From contig NC_133621.1 in the NCBI RefSeq assembly GCF_048593235.1, forward strand, positions 107,251,148 to 107,315,147: DNA of 64,000 bases. The letters run 5' to 3'. The position numbers and the translations under genes were made by a program. The notes beneath the pieces were generated by a model. It was not told the origin of the DNA, made no database searches, and was given only the letters and a program-made list of their open reading frames with translations. The first letter of the stretch is position 1. Each line of letters opens with the position of its first letter. The stretch comes from Sminthopsis crassicaudata. Lineage: Eukaryota. Positions 37,213 to 49,893 of this stretch are shown here, piece after piece.

Positions 37213-37411
37213 CAGTGATGTCAAACAAATCAAAATGGGAAGCCATTAACCCTTACATAAGAATCCTTTCAAGTGAGCATATTGATTCAGTTTTAAAAGG
37301 TAATGCTATCTTTGATTTACTGTATTTTTATTTTGTTTAGTATTTCCCAATTGCATTTTATGGTTTTGGTAGTACCCAGGAGAATAGTGGACTGCACGTT
37401 TAGTACCTCTG
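37213..37411 (-). mobile_element. hAT MITE with TIRs and 8-bp TSD
   Basis: Ends cagtgatgtcaaac and gtttagtacctctg; flanks ttctagga / ctccagga. Confidence 0.68.
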
Positions 37412-38149
37412 CTCCAGGAAAGTAGCAGCTAAAATGGTCTCCTGAATAAGAGGCAATCCTTCTCTCTCCAACTCCCATCCTAACTCTCAAATACCTGCTT
37501 CAGCAAAATTCTGAATTTTTCACAGATCAGATAATGATCAAGAAATCCAATAAGAAACTAAAGCAGATAATGATCAAGAAATTCAATGAGAAACTATAGT
37601 AACATCTTTCATCTGAGAATGGTACAAAAACTTACCCAATATCCCACAGGCAAGAGAAATGAGTCCTATCTCCCAAAGAAAAGTCAATGTCATCCCTTTC
37701 TATGCAACCAGAGATTGCATGTGCCCTTCAAGACTTTCTGTCCAAGAATATCAAAAACAGAGGGCTTCCTTGAGAACTCACAAGAGTAGGTACATGGAAT
37801 TCGTAGTAGAACAGCAATAGGCAATAACCACCATGGTATCACAGTGCTCAGACTAAGAGAACTCGGGCCTGGAGGCTCTGAGGTCTTTAATACTTGTGAT
37901 ACTTTAAAGAAGACCCTGAAGATCCAGTACTATGAACTTCAATTACAAAGTGGAATGAAAGAAAAGAGCTATTGGTAAGGTGTGAAAGTCAGTGTAAGAA
38001 TTCAGGGGACCCAGGGTGAGACTAAGCAATATGGATCATCCCATTCAAAAGAGCATCAGGGAAAGGAAGGCAACCCTATCATAAAACTTTAATTCATGAA
38101 ATAAAGCAGAAATAAGTTGGTTAAGTAAATATGATATAAATATATAAAA

Positions 38150-38520
38150 GAAAATGTGAATAGAAGCATTCTATTTTCACCTTTTTTTGTTTGCTTGCTT
38201 ATTTTTCTTGTGTTTTTCCCTTTTCTGATTTTTGTTTCATAACATGATTAATATGGAAATATGTTTAAAATGAATGTACATGTAAAACCCATATCAGATT
38301 GCTTGCTCTCTTGATGCGGAGAGAGGTAAGGAAGAGAGAAAAAAATCATAACTCAAATCTTACAAAAATTAATGTGGAAATGTGGAATGTGGAATGTGGA
38401 AAATTATCTTTACATGTAATTAAAAAAATAAAATACTGTTGAGAAAAAAATAAATGTTGAAAACTATCATTACATCTAATGGGGAAAAGTAAAATATTCT
38501 TTAAAAAAGAAAAGAGAAAT
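38150..38520 (+). mobile_element. L1 3' UTR fragment
   Basis: gtttcataacatgattaatatggaaatatg...cagattgcttgc...aaataaaatac. Confidence 0.7.
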
Positions 38521-38829
38521 TTCAGCACTAGAGTCCAGAGAAACTAGAAAGGTAAACTTATTTATTTCATCAAATAGAAGGAAATATCTGATGGCATAGT
38601 GTTTAATGTCTTCAAAGGAATTTAAATAAGAAAAAATATATAATTTATAGATATGGATTGGTTCTGTACTGAGGTTGGAAGAGGGAAAAGAGAAGAAAGG
38701 ATAAAAGGAAGAATACAGTAATATAATAAGGAGAAAAGAGATGTCAGGGAAGGACTATTTCTCCTGATTGTGGTGTATGAGAAGAATAAAAAACCATGGA
38801 GGAAGCAATGTAATAAGGGCATCAGTTAA

Positions 38830-38833
<4 letters not shown>

Positions 38834-38866
<33 letters not shown>
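38834..38866. repeat. (GA)n microsatellite
   Basis: Direct reading. Confidence 0.95.
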
Positions 38867-38870
<4 letters not shown>

Positions 38871-38919
38871 ATAAGTAAAGAATAAGAATATGATGGAGTG
38901 CCTTAGAATTTGTTGTCTC

Positions 38920-39300
38920 TTAGATAATTGGGTAAAAACTTAAGTTGTGGTATGTAAATGCAATGGAATTTTATTGCATTGTAAGAAATTATAAAATAGG
39001 TGATTTCAAGAAATCCTGAGTAGTATGAATTGATCCAGTGATGTGAGTAGAATCAAGAAAACAATATATGCAAGGACAACAACACTTTAAGAAAAATAAC
39101 TTTGACACTTAAGAACTCTGATTAAGATAATGATAAATCATATCTACAGAGAACCAGTGATGAAACATATTACCCACTTCCTGACACAAGAGTGTTGAAT
39201 ACAAGGTACAGACATTCGTTTTTGAATATGGTCAATATGTATATTCATTTTACTTATGCTTATTTGGTGTAATTTAAAAGGAGAATTAATGTAGTACTTT
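38920..39300 (+). mobile_element. Old L1 3' fragment
   Basis: gtggtatgtaaatgcaatggaattttattgcattgtaagaaat ORF2 end. Confidence 0.65.
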
Positions 39301-39971
39301 ATAATTTTATATAGAATTATATTGTTCTTTATGGTTTGCAAAGTTATATGGATCTTAGTTGATCTTCACAATGACCTTCTGAGATAGGTGCATTTATTAT
39401 TTCCATTTTACATGTGAGAAAACTGAAGCTGAGAGGTTAAGTGATTTGCCCAGGATCTTATCAATACTATGTCTGAAGGTAGAATTTGCTCTCTAGATCC
39501 TCCTAATTCCAAGTCCTTTACTCACATTCACTTTACCACCTACCTGCCTTAAATAACAAAGGTGCTATAAAAGAAAGAAAAAAAAGGCACAAAAGAGAAT
39601 AGAAGGAAGTTCAAAAGGAAGAAAAGAGAAGGAGAACAATTTTGAAGGAAAAAAACTCCTTCTAAAATTGAAATTCAGAATAAATTTTAAATTAAATTAA
39701 ATTTAAAAAGGAAAAAAATAAAGTATTCTAGAAAAATTTGAAGGCCAAGCCCATCTTTTTATTTCCAGCTACACATTTTAAATATTATCAAATGCATGAT
39801 ATATCTTTGCAACAATGTTAAATAATATTTTTTTTTTCTTACAGGCATCTGTATCTATATGGTGGGGACCCGATGAATTGCTTGGAGAAAGGATGACCTT
39901 TTGAAGAATGAGGGATGAAAAAAGGCATTTATGTGGATTATAATTATCGATTCTATGTTATTGGTATAAAG

Positions 39972-40138
39972 CCCAGCTTCCTAAACTATGGTTTATCCTA
40001 TATGTGCTATTATAACTGAATGAGGGGGTCACAAAATTATGATTTATTATGAGTAAATGTATATGTGCATATGTGGAGCTACACAAAAATTTCTTGGGCA
40101 AAAAGAGGTCATGAGTGGAAAAAATTTAAGAAGCCCTG
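39972..40138. mobile_element. hAT MITE (second family)
   Basis: TIR-like cccagcttcctaaact / aatttaagaagccctg; TSD gtataaag / gtataagg. Confidence 0.65.
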
Positions 40139-40379
40139 GTATAAGGAATATCTGGTGCCAGGGAATGAAAAGAATAGGAGGGAAAGGATGCAATTAAGAA
40201 TATAATCTTTCTAGAGGCTTAGAGAATAAATATTAAGACACTGTCCTGGCAGTATTTTCTAGTTTAACACAAGTGCAGGAGATATTTTTTCTATGTTATA
40301 GATTATAACCTCACCCAGAACCATTTTTACATGTATTCATATCCTAATGCCTTTTATTTTTGATAATCATACATAAATG

Positions 40380-41060
40380 GAAGCAAATTAATGGTAAGAT
40401 GCTCACAGGTTTTCCTTGGAGAGGCTTGTGAAGGATCTAGTAGAGTTTCTTACATTATGCATCCAAAGAAAGCTATTTTATTGGACATAAATCATGTAGT
40501 AAAGCCACCATGAAGATAATTTAAGCCAATGCATCAGCATCTGTGACAGAGGATAAGGAGGTAGAAAAATTCTACCAAGAACTCATCACATTACATCAAC
40601 ACATACTTTTCATACTTGATGACAACTGCAAATACTGGAATAAGAGAAGATGATACAAAATATATTGGAAAACATGGCCTAGGGAAAAAAAATGTGAAGG
40701 CTTATACAGAAACTTTGGAGCAGCTAGAGGGCACAGTACAGCACCAGCCCTGAAGTCAGGAGAATCTGAGTTCAAATTCAGCCTCAAACACTTGATATTT
40801 AGTAGTTGTGTGATCCTAGGCAAGTCACTTAACCCTCCCCCCCCAAAAAAAAAAAAGAAGGTAGAAACTTCACACCTTTACAACATGAATACTTTCATCA
40901 AGCCAGAGTCAAGAGGCACTAGATTGGCAAGTATTGAATAAAATCATCAAGATACTAAATTGATTATATTCTAAAAATAGAAAACTATTATTAATTTGAG
41001 TTATATCTTAATCAACTGTCAGCAATCAATCTAATATCTTATTAGAACAGAATTCAAAAG
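40380..41060 (+). mobile_element. RTE-clade LINE remnant (APE endonuclease region)
   Basis: Broken frames give EDKEVEKFYQE, KYIGKHGLGKKN and ...IDYIL, typical of RTE APE domains. Confidence 0.68.
40717..40862 (+). mobile_element. WSINE1-like SINE inserted in an RTE remnant
   Basis: SINE consensus; TSD agaaactt at 40708-40715 and 40863-40870. Confidence 0.82.
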
Positions 41061-41690
41061 CAAACTAAGAATAATTTTTTTAAAAAATGGTGTATAATAG
41101 AGGTAATTCTAAAGTTTATGGTATTCTCAAATGGGGACATCAAAACAGGATATCAACATTCCCTAAAGAAGTTTGATTGGTGTAAATCACTTGATATAAG
41201 AATATTCCAGAGGTCCAAAAATTACTTTAGCTCATGAATATTTGATTTCCTATAAAATTGTAGATTAGTTATGAGCAATATATATTTTTGTTTGTTTGAT
41301 CTGTCCCTCTCATTAGTCTCATAGCCCCAGTTAGTAACTCTTTCCCCCGGAAAAAATACTCCAAAATAGCAAAAACAGAACAACTCAAAAATAAAACCTT
41401 CAGTACATATCTGTATAGTAAGAGAAAAAAAAAGTTTCACATTGATCATGCCCAAAAATGTATGCATGTTTCTGCATTTTGTATTTATCACTTGCAAAGT
41501 GAAGTAAACAGAACTAAAACATTGTAAAGAATAGCAACAATATTGTAATGATAATCTTTGGAACTCGAAAATATTTTTTTAAAAAAATCAATTCTCTATT
41601 GAAAAGTGACATTCTTCATTCTTTTGGATTCATGGTTTCTCATCACCTTGGTCAAAGTTCTACATTATTTCAAACTTATTTTTCTCTATA

Positions 41691-41880
41691 AAAGATGTCA
41701 AATACACTGCCCATAACACTCCTAAGTGACACTTAAACCAGATTAAAAATTATTGGGAAATATTTAACAAAATAAACAAAAATAGAATAAAATAGCTAAT
41801 ATTGGCATGTGGGGGTTTTTTTAAGTCAATATGGGCCTGCAGGAATCAGTGGATCCCATTTCTATTTATTTGATATTACT
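41691..41880 (+). mobile_element. hAT MITE (same family as the 15.5, 16.7 and 37.2 kb copies)
   Basis: Ends aaagatgtcaaat / atttgatattact; TSD tctctata / tctctatg. Confidence 0.68.
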
Positions 41881-41969
41881 TCTCTATGATATTGTAATCA
41901 CTGAAGAAATTGTTTTTCTACTTCTAATTGATTTGCTCTATATAAATTCAAAGACATCTTCTAAGTTTC

Positions 41970-42107
41970 TTTTTGTTTATTTTTTTGGCGGGGAGGCAAT
42001 TGAGGTTAAATGTCTTAAGTCCCAGGGTCACACAAATAGGAAATAAGTGTCAGAAGTCCTCCTGACTTCAGGTCAAGTGTTCTATCCACTGTGCCATTTA
42101 GTTGTTC
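41970..42107 (-). mobile_element. WSINE1-like SINE with an internal deletion
   Basis: Reverse-complement head (ctatccactgtgccatttagttg) and CORE. Confidence 0.75.
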
Positions 42108-42489
42108 CTTAAGTTTTTTCTAAAACTTGATTTCATCATTTCTTATGGTACAATAATACATTAAGATATATGATATTCTTAAATATTAAAAATAATTTTA
42201 ATGCTATTAAGAAGAGAAAATAACAGTAAATGTCCTAATATATCACAATTTATTTAGCCATTTCTCAATAGGAGGGCACCCCCCTCAGTTTGTAATTTGG
42301 GGCTACCAAAAATCATAAATGTTTTTATATATAGGATTGTTTTCTTCTTTTTGGGGGGAGATAAATATATAATTATAATAGGGTCAGAAGATATGTACAT
42401 CTTAATAAAATTTTTGATACTGTTCTAAATTACTTTTTTAAAAGGATAGACCAACTAGGAGCTAAACCAGCAATGTACTAATGTACTTA

Positions 42490-42857
42490 TTTTCCTGAAG
42501 CCCATCCAACATGTCATTTTAATTTCTTGTCATCTTTGCCAAGTCTGATGGGTGTGAGGCAGAACCTCAAAGTTGCTTTGATTTGCATTTTTCAATTATT
42601 ACCGAGTTAGAGCATCATTTTCACATGCTAGTTGAACAAATGGATTTTCTTGGAAAATTGCCTATATGTATTTTTTCACTTTATTTATTAGGGAATGACC
42701 CTTATTCACATACATTTTAATCACTTCTTTGTCTATCAGAAAAACTTATAAAGATTTTCTCCCAATTATCTACTTTTCCTTCTAATTTTTGCTATGTTGA
42801 TCAATATCAATTTGGAATATAAAGTCATGTGTAAACTCTTACAGAAGAAAATAATGA
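42490..42857 (-). mobile_element. Old L1 ORF2 fragment
   Basis: ttgccaagtctgatgggtgtgaggcagaacctcaaagttgctttgatttgcattt. Confidence 0.75.
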
Positions 42858-43123
42858 NNNNNNNNNNNNNNNNNNNNNNNNNNNNNNNNNNNNNNNNNNN
42901 NNNNNNNNNNNNNNNNNNNNNNNNNNNNNNNNNNNNNNNNNNNNNNNNNNNNNNNNNNNNNNNNNNNNNNNNNNNNNNNNNNNNNNNNNNNNNNNNNNNN
43001 NNNNNNNNNNNNNNNNNNNNNNNNNNNNNNNNNNNNNNNNNNNNNNNNNNNNNNNNNNNNNNNNNNNNNNNNNNNNNNNNNNNNNNNNNNNNNNNNNNNN
43101 NNNNNNNNNNNNNNNNNNNNNNN

Positions 43124-43240
43124 GTGACATGATAGAGTGATTCAGAAAGACCTGAGTTCAAATATGGCCTCAGACACTTGACACTTAACTAGCTGTGTGA
43201 TCTTGGCACATCACTTAAACCTGATTGCCTTTGAAAAAAA
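43124..43240 (+). mobile_element. WSINE1-like SINE, head lost in the gap
   Basis: gacctgagttcaaatatggcctcagacacttgacactt...ctgtgtgatcttggc. Confidence 0.75.
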
Positions 43241-44512
43241 GAATAGGGAAGCATAGTACTTTATATGTACATTTGTAGTACAGGGGGAAATGTCTACAAA
43301 AATTTTTATTAAAGACCCAATTAGAAAAAATCATCCCTAGAACATTTAAGTATTGAACTGGATGAAGGGGAAAAAATCTGTTGGAAAATGGAAATAATCT
43401 ATTAATATTTCTATAACAAACTCTTTTGCCCATCAATGACCGTGAACTCCTAACATAAGTCTCTGAAATGCAATGTAAGAAATCAAAAAAAGTCATTGAG
43501 AAAAATGAAGTTCTGAAGATTAATCTGGATTATACCAATTTAGTTACAGAGGAGTTAAGCTTGTAGCATAAATTTGAAAGTGTTGCGAGACCAATACCCA
43601 AAAGAAGTGAAAAGAGGGAGAGTACCAAATGCTTAGAAAATGTTACAGACATTATTATTCCCTGAAGAAGGCTATCAAGAAAATATTAATAACAATTACC
43701 TTCTCATTTCTTCAAAGTCTTTACTAGAAAAATCTATGGCTGCTAGATATAGAATGACAGAGTCTATGAAGAATTAAAGTTTCAGAGTCCCTAAATGGTT
43801 TTCATGAAATAGCCTGAAACATGTTAGTAATGAAGAATTGCTCAGGAAAAGTATCATAAAGGATCTCCTCAGAGAGATTTATGAGCAGAAAAGGAAGTAA
43901 GCCAGTCACTCAACATGAATAAGAGAGTCTGAAGGACAGCCTACTTGTTTTATTGGTATCCATACAATGCCAAAGGATTTAGAGAAGGGTCCCTGTTTCT
44001 TTGGGCCTAGGTGCAAGTCTTTTGCACTTTGCATTTGCTATCAAATAAAACATATTCGATATTTGATGTATTGTTAACCCAGATTGTTGCACTGGAAAAG
44101 AGGGTCTTCTTACCTCTTTTTCTAGATTTGAGACACATTTTGACTTTTCTAATATGAAGTCTTGTGTGAAGGCAGAATTAACATAAAGGAGGTGATTTGT
44201 GAAGTGCCTTCCAGGATGGAGACTGGTTTATGAAAACCCATAATTTTAGTTCTGGATCATGGGTAATATATATAAAGCATTATGGCTAATATACTACCCA
44301 CAGCTCTGATCTCTTAATCTATATCTTTATTCTAAGGCCTAGAAGATAATTGTATTTCCCTGTATTCTGACCCTGAGGTTTAAATTGACAATGAACTGAT
44401 GATTGATTGATCCAAAGTTTCCCTAATCCAGTTATTCATTTTATCCATCACCCTATGTCCCCTGCCTCCCAAATATATTTGTTCTCTCTGGCCCTTAAGA
44501 AAAGAATGACTG

Positions 44513-44680
44513 GGAGCAGCTCAATGATGCAGTGAATAGAGCACCAGTCCTGAAGTCAGGAGAATCTGAGTTCAAAGCTGGCCTCAGACATTAAACACTT
44601 CCTAGCTGTGTGATCCTGGACAAGTCACTTAACTCCAATTGCCTCAAAAACCAAAATCAAACAAAAAATAAAAGAAAATA
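44513..44680 (+). mobile_element. WSINE1-like SINE
   Basis: Full consensus with A-rich tail. Confidence 0.85.
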
Positions 44681-45540
44681 ACTGAAAAATGCATCTGTCA
44701 GAAAATTGACCTATGTTTTTGTCAAGCTACGTCAGGACTTGTACTCCGTTGTTTGCTCCTAGTGAATGTGCTAAAATGCTCCTGACAGAGGACATAAAAG
44801 GGAGAAAAAAAGATGTCTTTATAGAAGACAATAGCATAGATGTAAACTCAGACTTTTTAGAATCTTCTGTTGTGAATGTAAAAGAAAACAAAAGTTTGGC
44901 CTGGCTGTATTGCCAATTCTTGAATAACCACAAATACCCTTCTATTATCTCTATCAGTTGGGATGGAGTGAGACCTCAGATTTTCTGGTCCAAAGTGAGC
45001 TTTGAAACAGACACGATGATTTCCTGAGTTTTGTTCCATAGAATCCTAGTTTCCTATATGCTACAAGTTCATGTCTAGGGGAAAAAATATTGATACTAAT
45101 GAGCTATCTATAAGTAGGTGAAATATTATATGCATTACATCACTTGTGGCTTTTAGAAGTTATGTCAGCAAAAAGTATTGTGGTAAAAAAAATTAAACCT
45201 TTCAATGAAATGTGGCTTAGAATTTATGTATGGATTTAAACTATTCATGATTAGTTCAGATTATTGTACTAAATATTGAGCATTTTTCCCTTATTCACTA
45301 AAAATGATTTGTGATCAGGAAAATTGCAATAATAATGATTGTTGTCTTAAAATGAATGAATTAGCCCAACTTAGGAAATGATGACATTGAAAAAATATCT
45401 CTGCTGAGGACAAGTGGAGCACCCTTTTAAGGGGCAAAAGGAGAAATGATTGATATCTGTTAGCCCACTGTTAAGAGGATCCTGACCTGGTATATATGTT
45501 GATTGCTACAAATATTCATCTATCCACTGCTCCTAAGCTC

Positions 45541-45693
45541 TTTTTTTTTTTTTTTTTTTCCCTGAGGCTGGGGTTAACTGACTTCCCCAGGGTCACACAG
45601 CTAGGAAGTGTTAAGTGTCTGAGACCAGATTTGAACTCCAGTCCTCCTGAATTCAAGGCTGGTGCTCTATCCACTGCGCCACCTAGCTGCCCC
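45541..45693 (-). mobile_element. WSINE1-like SINE, young subtype
   Basis: Near-consensus, CpG retained, homogeneous T19 tail, approximate TSD (c/t)cctaa(g/t)ctc. Confidence 0.92.
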
Positions 45694-48499
45694 AGTTCCT
45701 AATCTCTTGAACTAAATAAAGAATTTGACAGAAGCTATTTATAGATATTTCATAACCCAATACACGAAGAAATAAGCATTATTTCTTTTTTGGTTGTTTG
45801 TTTTGTTTGTTTTTAAAGTTTTTTGTTTTTCCAATTACATATATGGTTTTCAACATTCATTTCTCTAAAATTTTTAATTCCAATTTTTTTCCTCCCTCTT
45901 CCTTCTCCTGCTCCAGCAAGCAATCTTATATAGGTTATACATAACATCATCCTGAACATGAAATAAGCATTATTTCAGTTTTGTAGATAAGGTAACTTGG
46001 TCTCCAAGGACCTAAGTGATTTGCTCAAAATCATATAGTGACAGCAGCAGGTCTGGAATTCAAAATCTTTGGATTCCAAATCAAGTCCCCTTTTTTATGA
46101 TCTATACAATCTCACACTATTTCACTGTACCTTAGTGGTCCTAATCTTTTTCATCTCTTGTTAAAAATTATGATAGCAATATTCTTTCCCTATATGGCAG
46201 GTCTGCTGAGTACAGTTTCTGGCTATTAACCTTTGATTGATTATTATCTACTGGTAGAACACAAAGATGTAATTAATGCAGGGTTTTTCCTATGGAGTAC
46301 TTCCAGTAGGCAAATGGAATGCTTCCTTCCTGGGAAAGTGTGTTTTTTTCCCACATCTCATTATGTGAGTCTCTTCCATCTGCCCAGTCTTTCATGCAGT
46401 ACATTTCTCTGTGCCACTACTCCAATAATACAATCATTGTTTTGTCCTGGACCTAGGACCCTTTTCCACCATAATTTTCCCAGACGAAAAGACCAGACTA
46501 TCTAGAACATGTTTCATCCTCTCTTCTGTCACAACTTCATTTAAGGTTAATCTATTGTTTGTGCTACTACTTCCCCACTTAATTATGTTTGACCCCAAGA
46601 CTAGGATTCTTTGTTTATGACACTGGTGAGATAAGGCTTTGTTGCCATGCTCCTTTATACCACTGGAGTCTAGAGGATTTAATGGCCATTACACATGATC
46701 TCAGTATGGAAGATATGGCTTGCAAGTGGCCTGGAAAAGCAATCTCCTAAAGCCCAGATAATATCCATGAAGATACTTTATGCTTATCTGAGTAAGGGGA
46801 CAAGATATCCTACTATATTATATCTCTACGCTCTGTCACCTTTCCAAATAAATTTATTGGATGGACTAAGTAAATCTTAGTGTTTCTCACTCAGATCTGG
46901 AATTTTGTGAACCCCTGCCTATAGGAAATGTACATTTGATTAAGATAATTTTTAGTTTGGTACATCTCTTAGGACACACCAAATAAAATCCAGTATAGTC
47001 TTTTATTGATGAAGTATGAGTCTTGTCTTCAGTTATTCCAGCAGGGATTTGACATTCTTCTTAGGACTAAATCTTAATATATCAGATATTTTTGGTAGAT
47101 TAGGAAGCAAAACCATACCAATGATTAAGTAAATAAATATTTTTACTGCTGTATTCATACTTTTTTGTTCTTTTAAAATTTTTTATATTTTTTCAATTAC
47201 ATGCAATAACAATTTTTAACATTCATTTTTTAATTGAGTTTCAAATTCTCTTTCTTCCCTCCTCCCTCCTTAAGCAAGCAAACAATTTCACATAGATCAT
47301 ACATGTACAATCCTGCAAAACATATTTCCACATTAGCCATATTGCAAAAGAAAGCATAGACCAAAACAAACAAACAAATTAAGGGGGAAAATGTCAAGAA
47401 AAGAAAGTGTGTTTTGATCATTATTCAAACCCCATCAAATGTTCTTCTGGAGGTGGATAGAATTTTTCCATAAAAACTTGTTAATCTGGTTATATATTCC
47501 CTTGAACCCAAGGCTATCAATAGGCTTCTAAAACAATTTTGCTGAAGGATATCCATGGATTATAGGGTTAAGATTATGCCAGCTTTTTCTAGTTTCTCAG
47601 CCAGAGCTTGATCTTAAATGAACCACTGTTGCTGAACTAGATAAGTAAGGGACTGGCAGGCTAAGCAAGTTTAGATGATAAATAATCACCTTACCCCCAG
47701 AAATCCGGAAGAATCTTGGTATCATTGAGTACTGTTTTTGACCACTGCTTGAATTGACACTATCCCTTTATATATTGTCCTACCCCTCTCAGTCCTACCC
47801 TGCCCCACCCTGATTGACCAGGAAGAGCCTATGTAACTGGGGGAAGGGCTCTTTCTCAATTGATTCCTAAAGGATAGACAAAGAGGTTGGAAGAAAGCTT
47901 CCACTTGTACTGCAGCAAACAAACAACTATTTTGCAAATTATTTCTTCAAAGAGCACACAAGATAGCATGGAGAAAACAATAAGCTTCCTTAGCAATAAG
48001 ACTAAAGGTAAAGCCACCCCTTTCCAATATCCATAGTTCATTTGGCAGGTGATTGTTTATGTGCTACTTCCTATAGGAAACCTTTCCTGATTCTCCAGGT
48101 TACCGAAGCTTTCCTCTCTCTTGAAATTGTTATGCATATACTTTATAGTTATTTATTTTTATATAAGTTGATATCTCCCTGATAATTCTGTTTTATAGTT
48201 TGACCAAATATGACACTAAAATCATATTATGCACTCAGAGACATAATTAAATCTGCCCTTTTCTTTAAATCCCAGATCTACATCTCAAATTGCCTTTGGA
48301 CTTATATAATAGTATGTTCCTTAAGCACCTCAAACATATCCATGATAAGCCAGTAATTGAGGTGGGGATGTGGCAAGTTAGATCACAAACATAGAACAGT
48401 TAGCATGGTGCAATAAGAAATTTTCACCTAAGATTCAGGTGTCTTTGAACATTTAATAGGAAGGAGGCCTTCTACATATATAAGGGACATGGTAGAAAT

Positions 48500-48926
48500 A
48501 GTAAAATGTCATGTGATAACTTTTGATTTGTGTGTAAATTGGATTTAACCAGGCAGAGTTGCACGAATTCATCAGCCTCACTCTGTTCCAGAATCATCAC
48601 AGTCCAGTGATTCTAGATGTAGTAAATGACCTTGGTGTCTTCAGTGTCTAACTGGCTTTCATGGCCATTGGAAAAAAGTGTTCTCATCCACCCATTCCAC
48701 CAGGGGAAGTCTTCACATGGTTGGGGTAGATCCCCATCCCCAACTCACTGTAGGGTTTGAGACCTTTTGGTAACTCTCAACTAGATTTAGCTTGTCAGCT
48801 GAAGCGTTTTACTGGATTGTGGCCATTGTGCATGCTACAGCTTCTTAGAGCCACAGGTGAGAGTTAGGTGGATCAGGTGGACACCAAAGATGGAAAGTAA
48901 CCATGAAAAAAGCTCAGCAGCACTCA
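48500..48926 (+). mobile_element. RTE-related element 5' region
   Basis: gtgtgtaaattggatttaaccaggcagagttgcac...catgctacagcttcttagagccacagg; runs into the gap. Confidence 0.55.
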
Positions 48927-49893
48927 NNNNNNNNNNNNNNNNNNNNNNNNNNNNNNNNNNNNNNNNNNNNNNNNNNNNNNNNNNNNNNNNNNNNNNNNNN
49001 NNNNNNNNNNNNNNNNNNNNNNNNNNNNNNNNNNNNNNNNNNNNNNNNNNNNNNNNNNNNNNNNNNNNNNNNNNNNNNNNNNNNNNNNNNNNNNNNNNNN
49101 NNNNNNNNNNNNNNNNNNNNNNNNNNNNNNNNNNNNNNNNNNNNNNNNNNNNNNNNNNNNNNNNNNNNNNNNNNNNNNNNNNNNNNNNNNNNNNNNNNNN
49201 NNNNNNNNNNNNNNNNNNNNNNNNNNNNNNNNNNNNNNNNNNNNNNNNNNNNNNNNNNNNNNNNNNNNNNNNNNNNNNNNNNNNNNNNNNNNNNNNNNNN
49301 NNNNNNNNNNNNNNNNNNNNNNNNNNNNNNNNNNNNNNNNNNNNNNNNNNNNNNNNNNNNNNNNNNNNNNNNNNNNNNNNNNNNNNNNNNNNNNNNNNNN
49401 NNNNNNNNNNNNNNNNNNNNNNNNNNNNNNNNNNNNNNNNNNNNNNNNNNNNNNNNNNNNNNNNNNNNNNNNNNNNNNNNNNNNNNNNNNNNNNNNNNNN
49501 NNNNNNNNNNNNNNNNNNNNNNNNNNNNNNNNNNNNNNNNNNNNNNNNNNNNNNNNNNNNNNNNNNNNNNNNNNNNNNNNNNNNNNNNNNNNNNNNNNNN
49601 NNNNNNNNNNNNNNNNNNNNNNNNNNNNNNNNNNNNNNNNNNNNNNNNNNNNNNNNNNNNNNNNNNNNNNNNNNNNNNNNNNNNNNNNNNNNNNNNNNNN
49701 NNNNNNNNNNNNNNNNNNNNNNNNNNNNNNNNNNNNNNNNNNNNNNNNNNNNNNNNNNNNNNNNNNNNNNNNNNNNNNNNNNNNNNNNNNNNNNNNNNNN
49801 NNNNNNNNNNNNNNNNNNNNNNNNNNNNNNNNNNNNNNNNNNNNNNNNNNNNNNNNNNNNNNNNNNNNNNNNNNNNNNNNNNNNNNNNNNNNN

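Noticed and set aside
44713-45039. Three overlapping 60-104 aa ORFs in non-repeat sequence
   Set aside because: No similarity to any protein I recognise and no consistent exon boundaries; compatible with chance.
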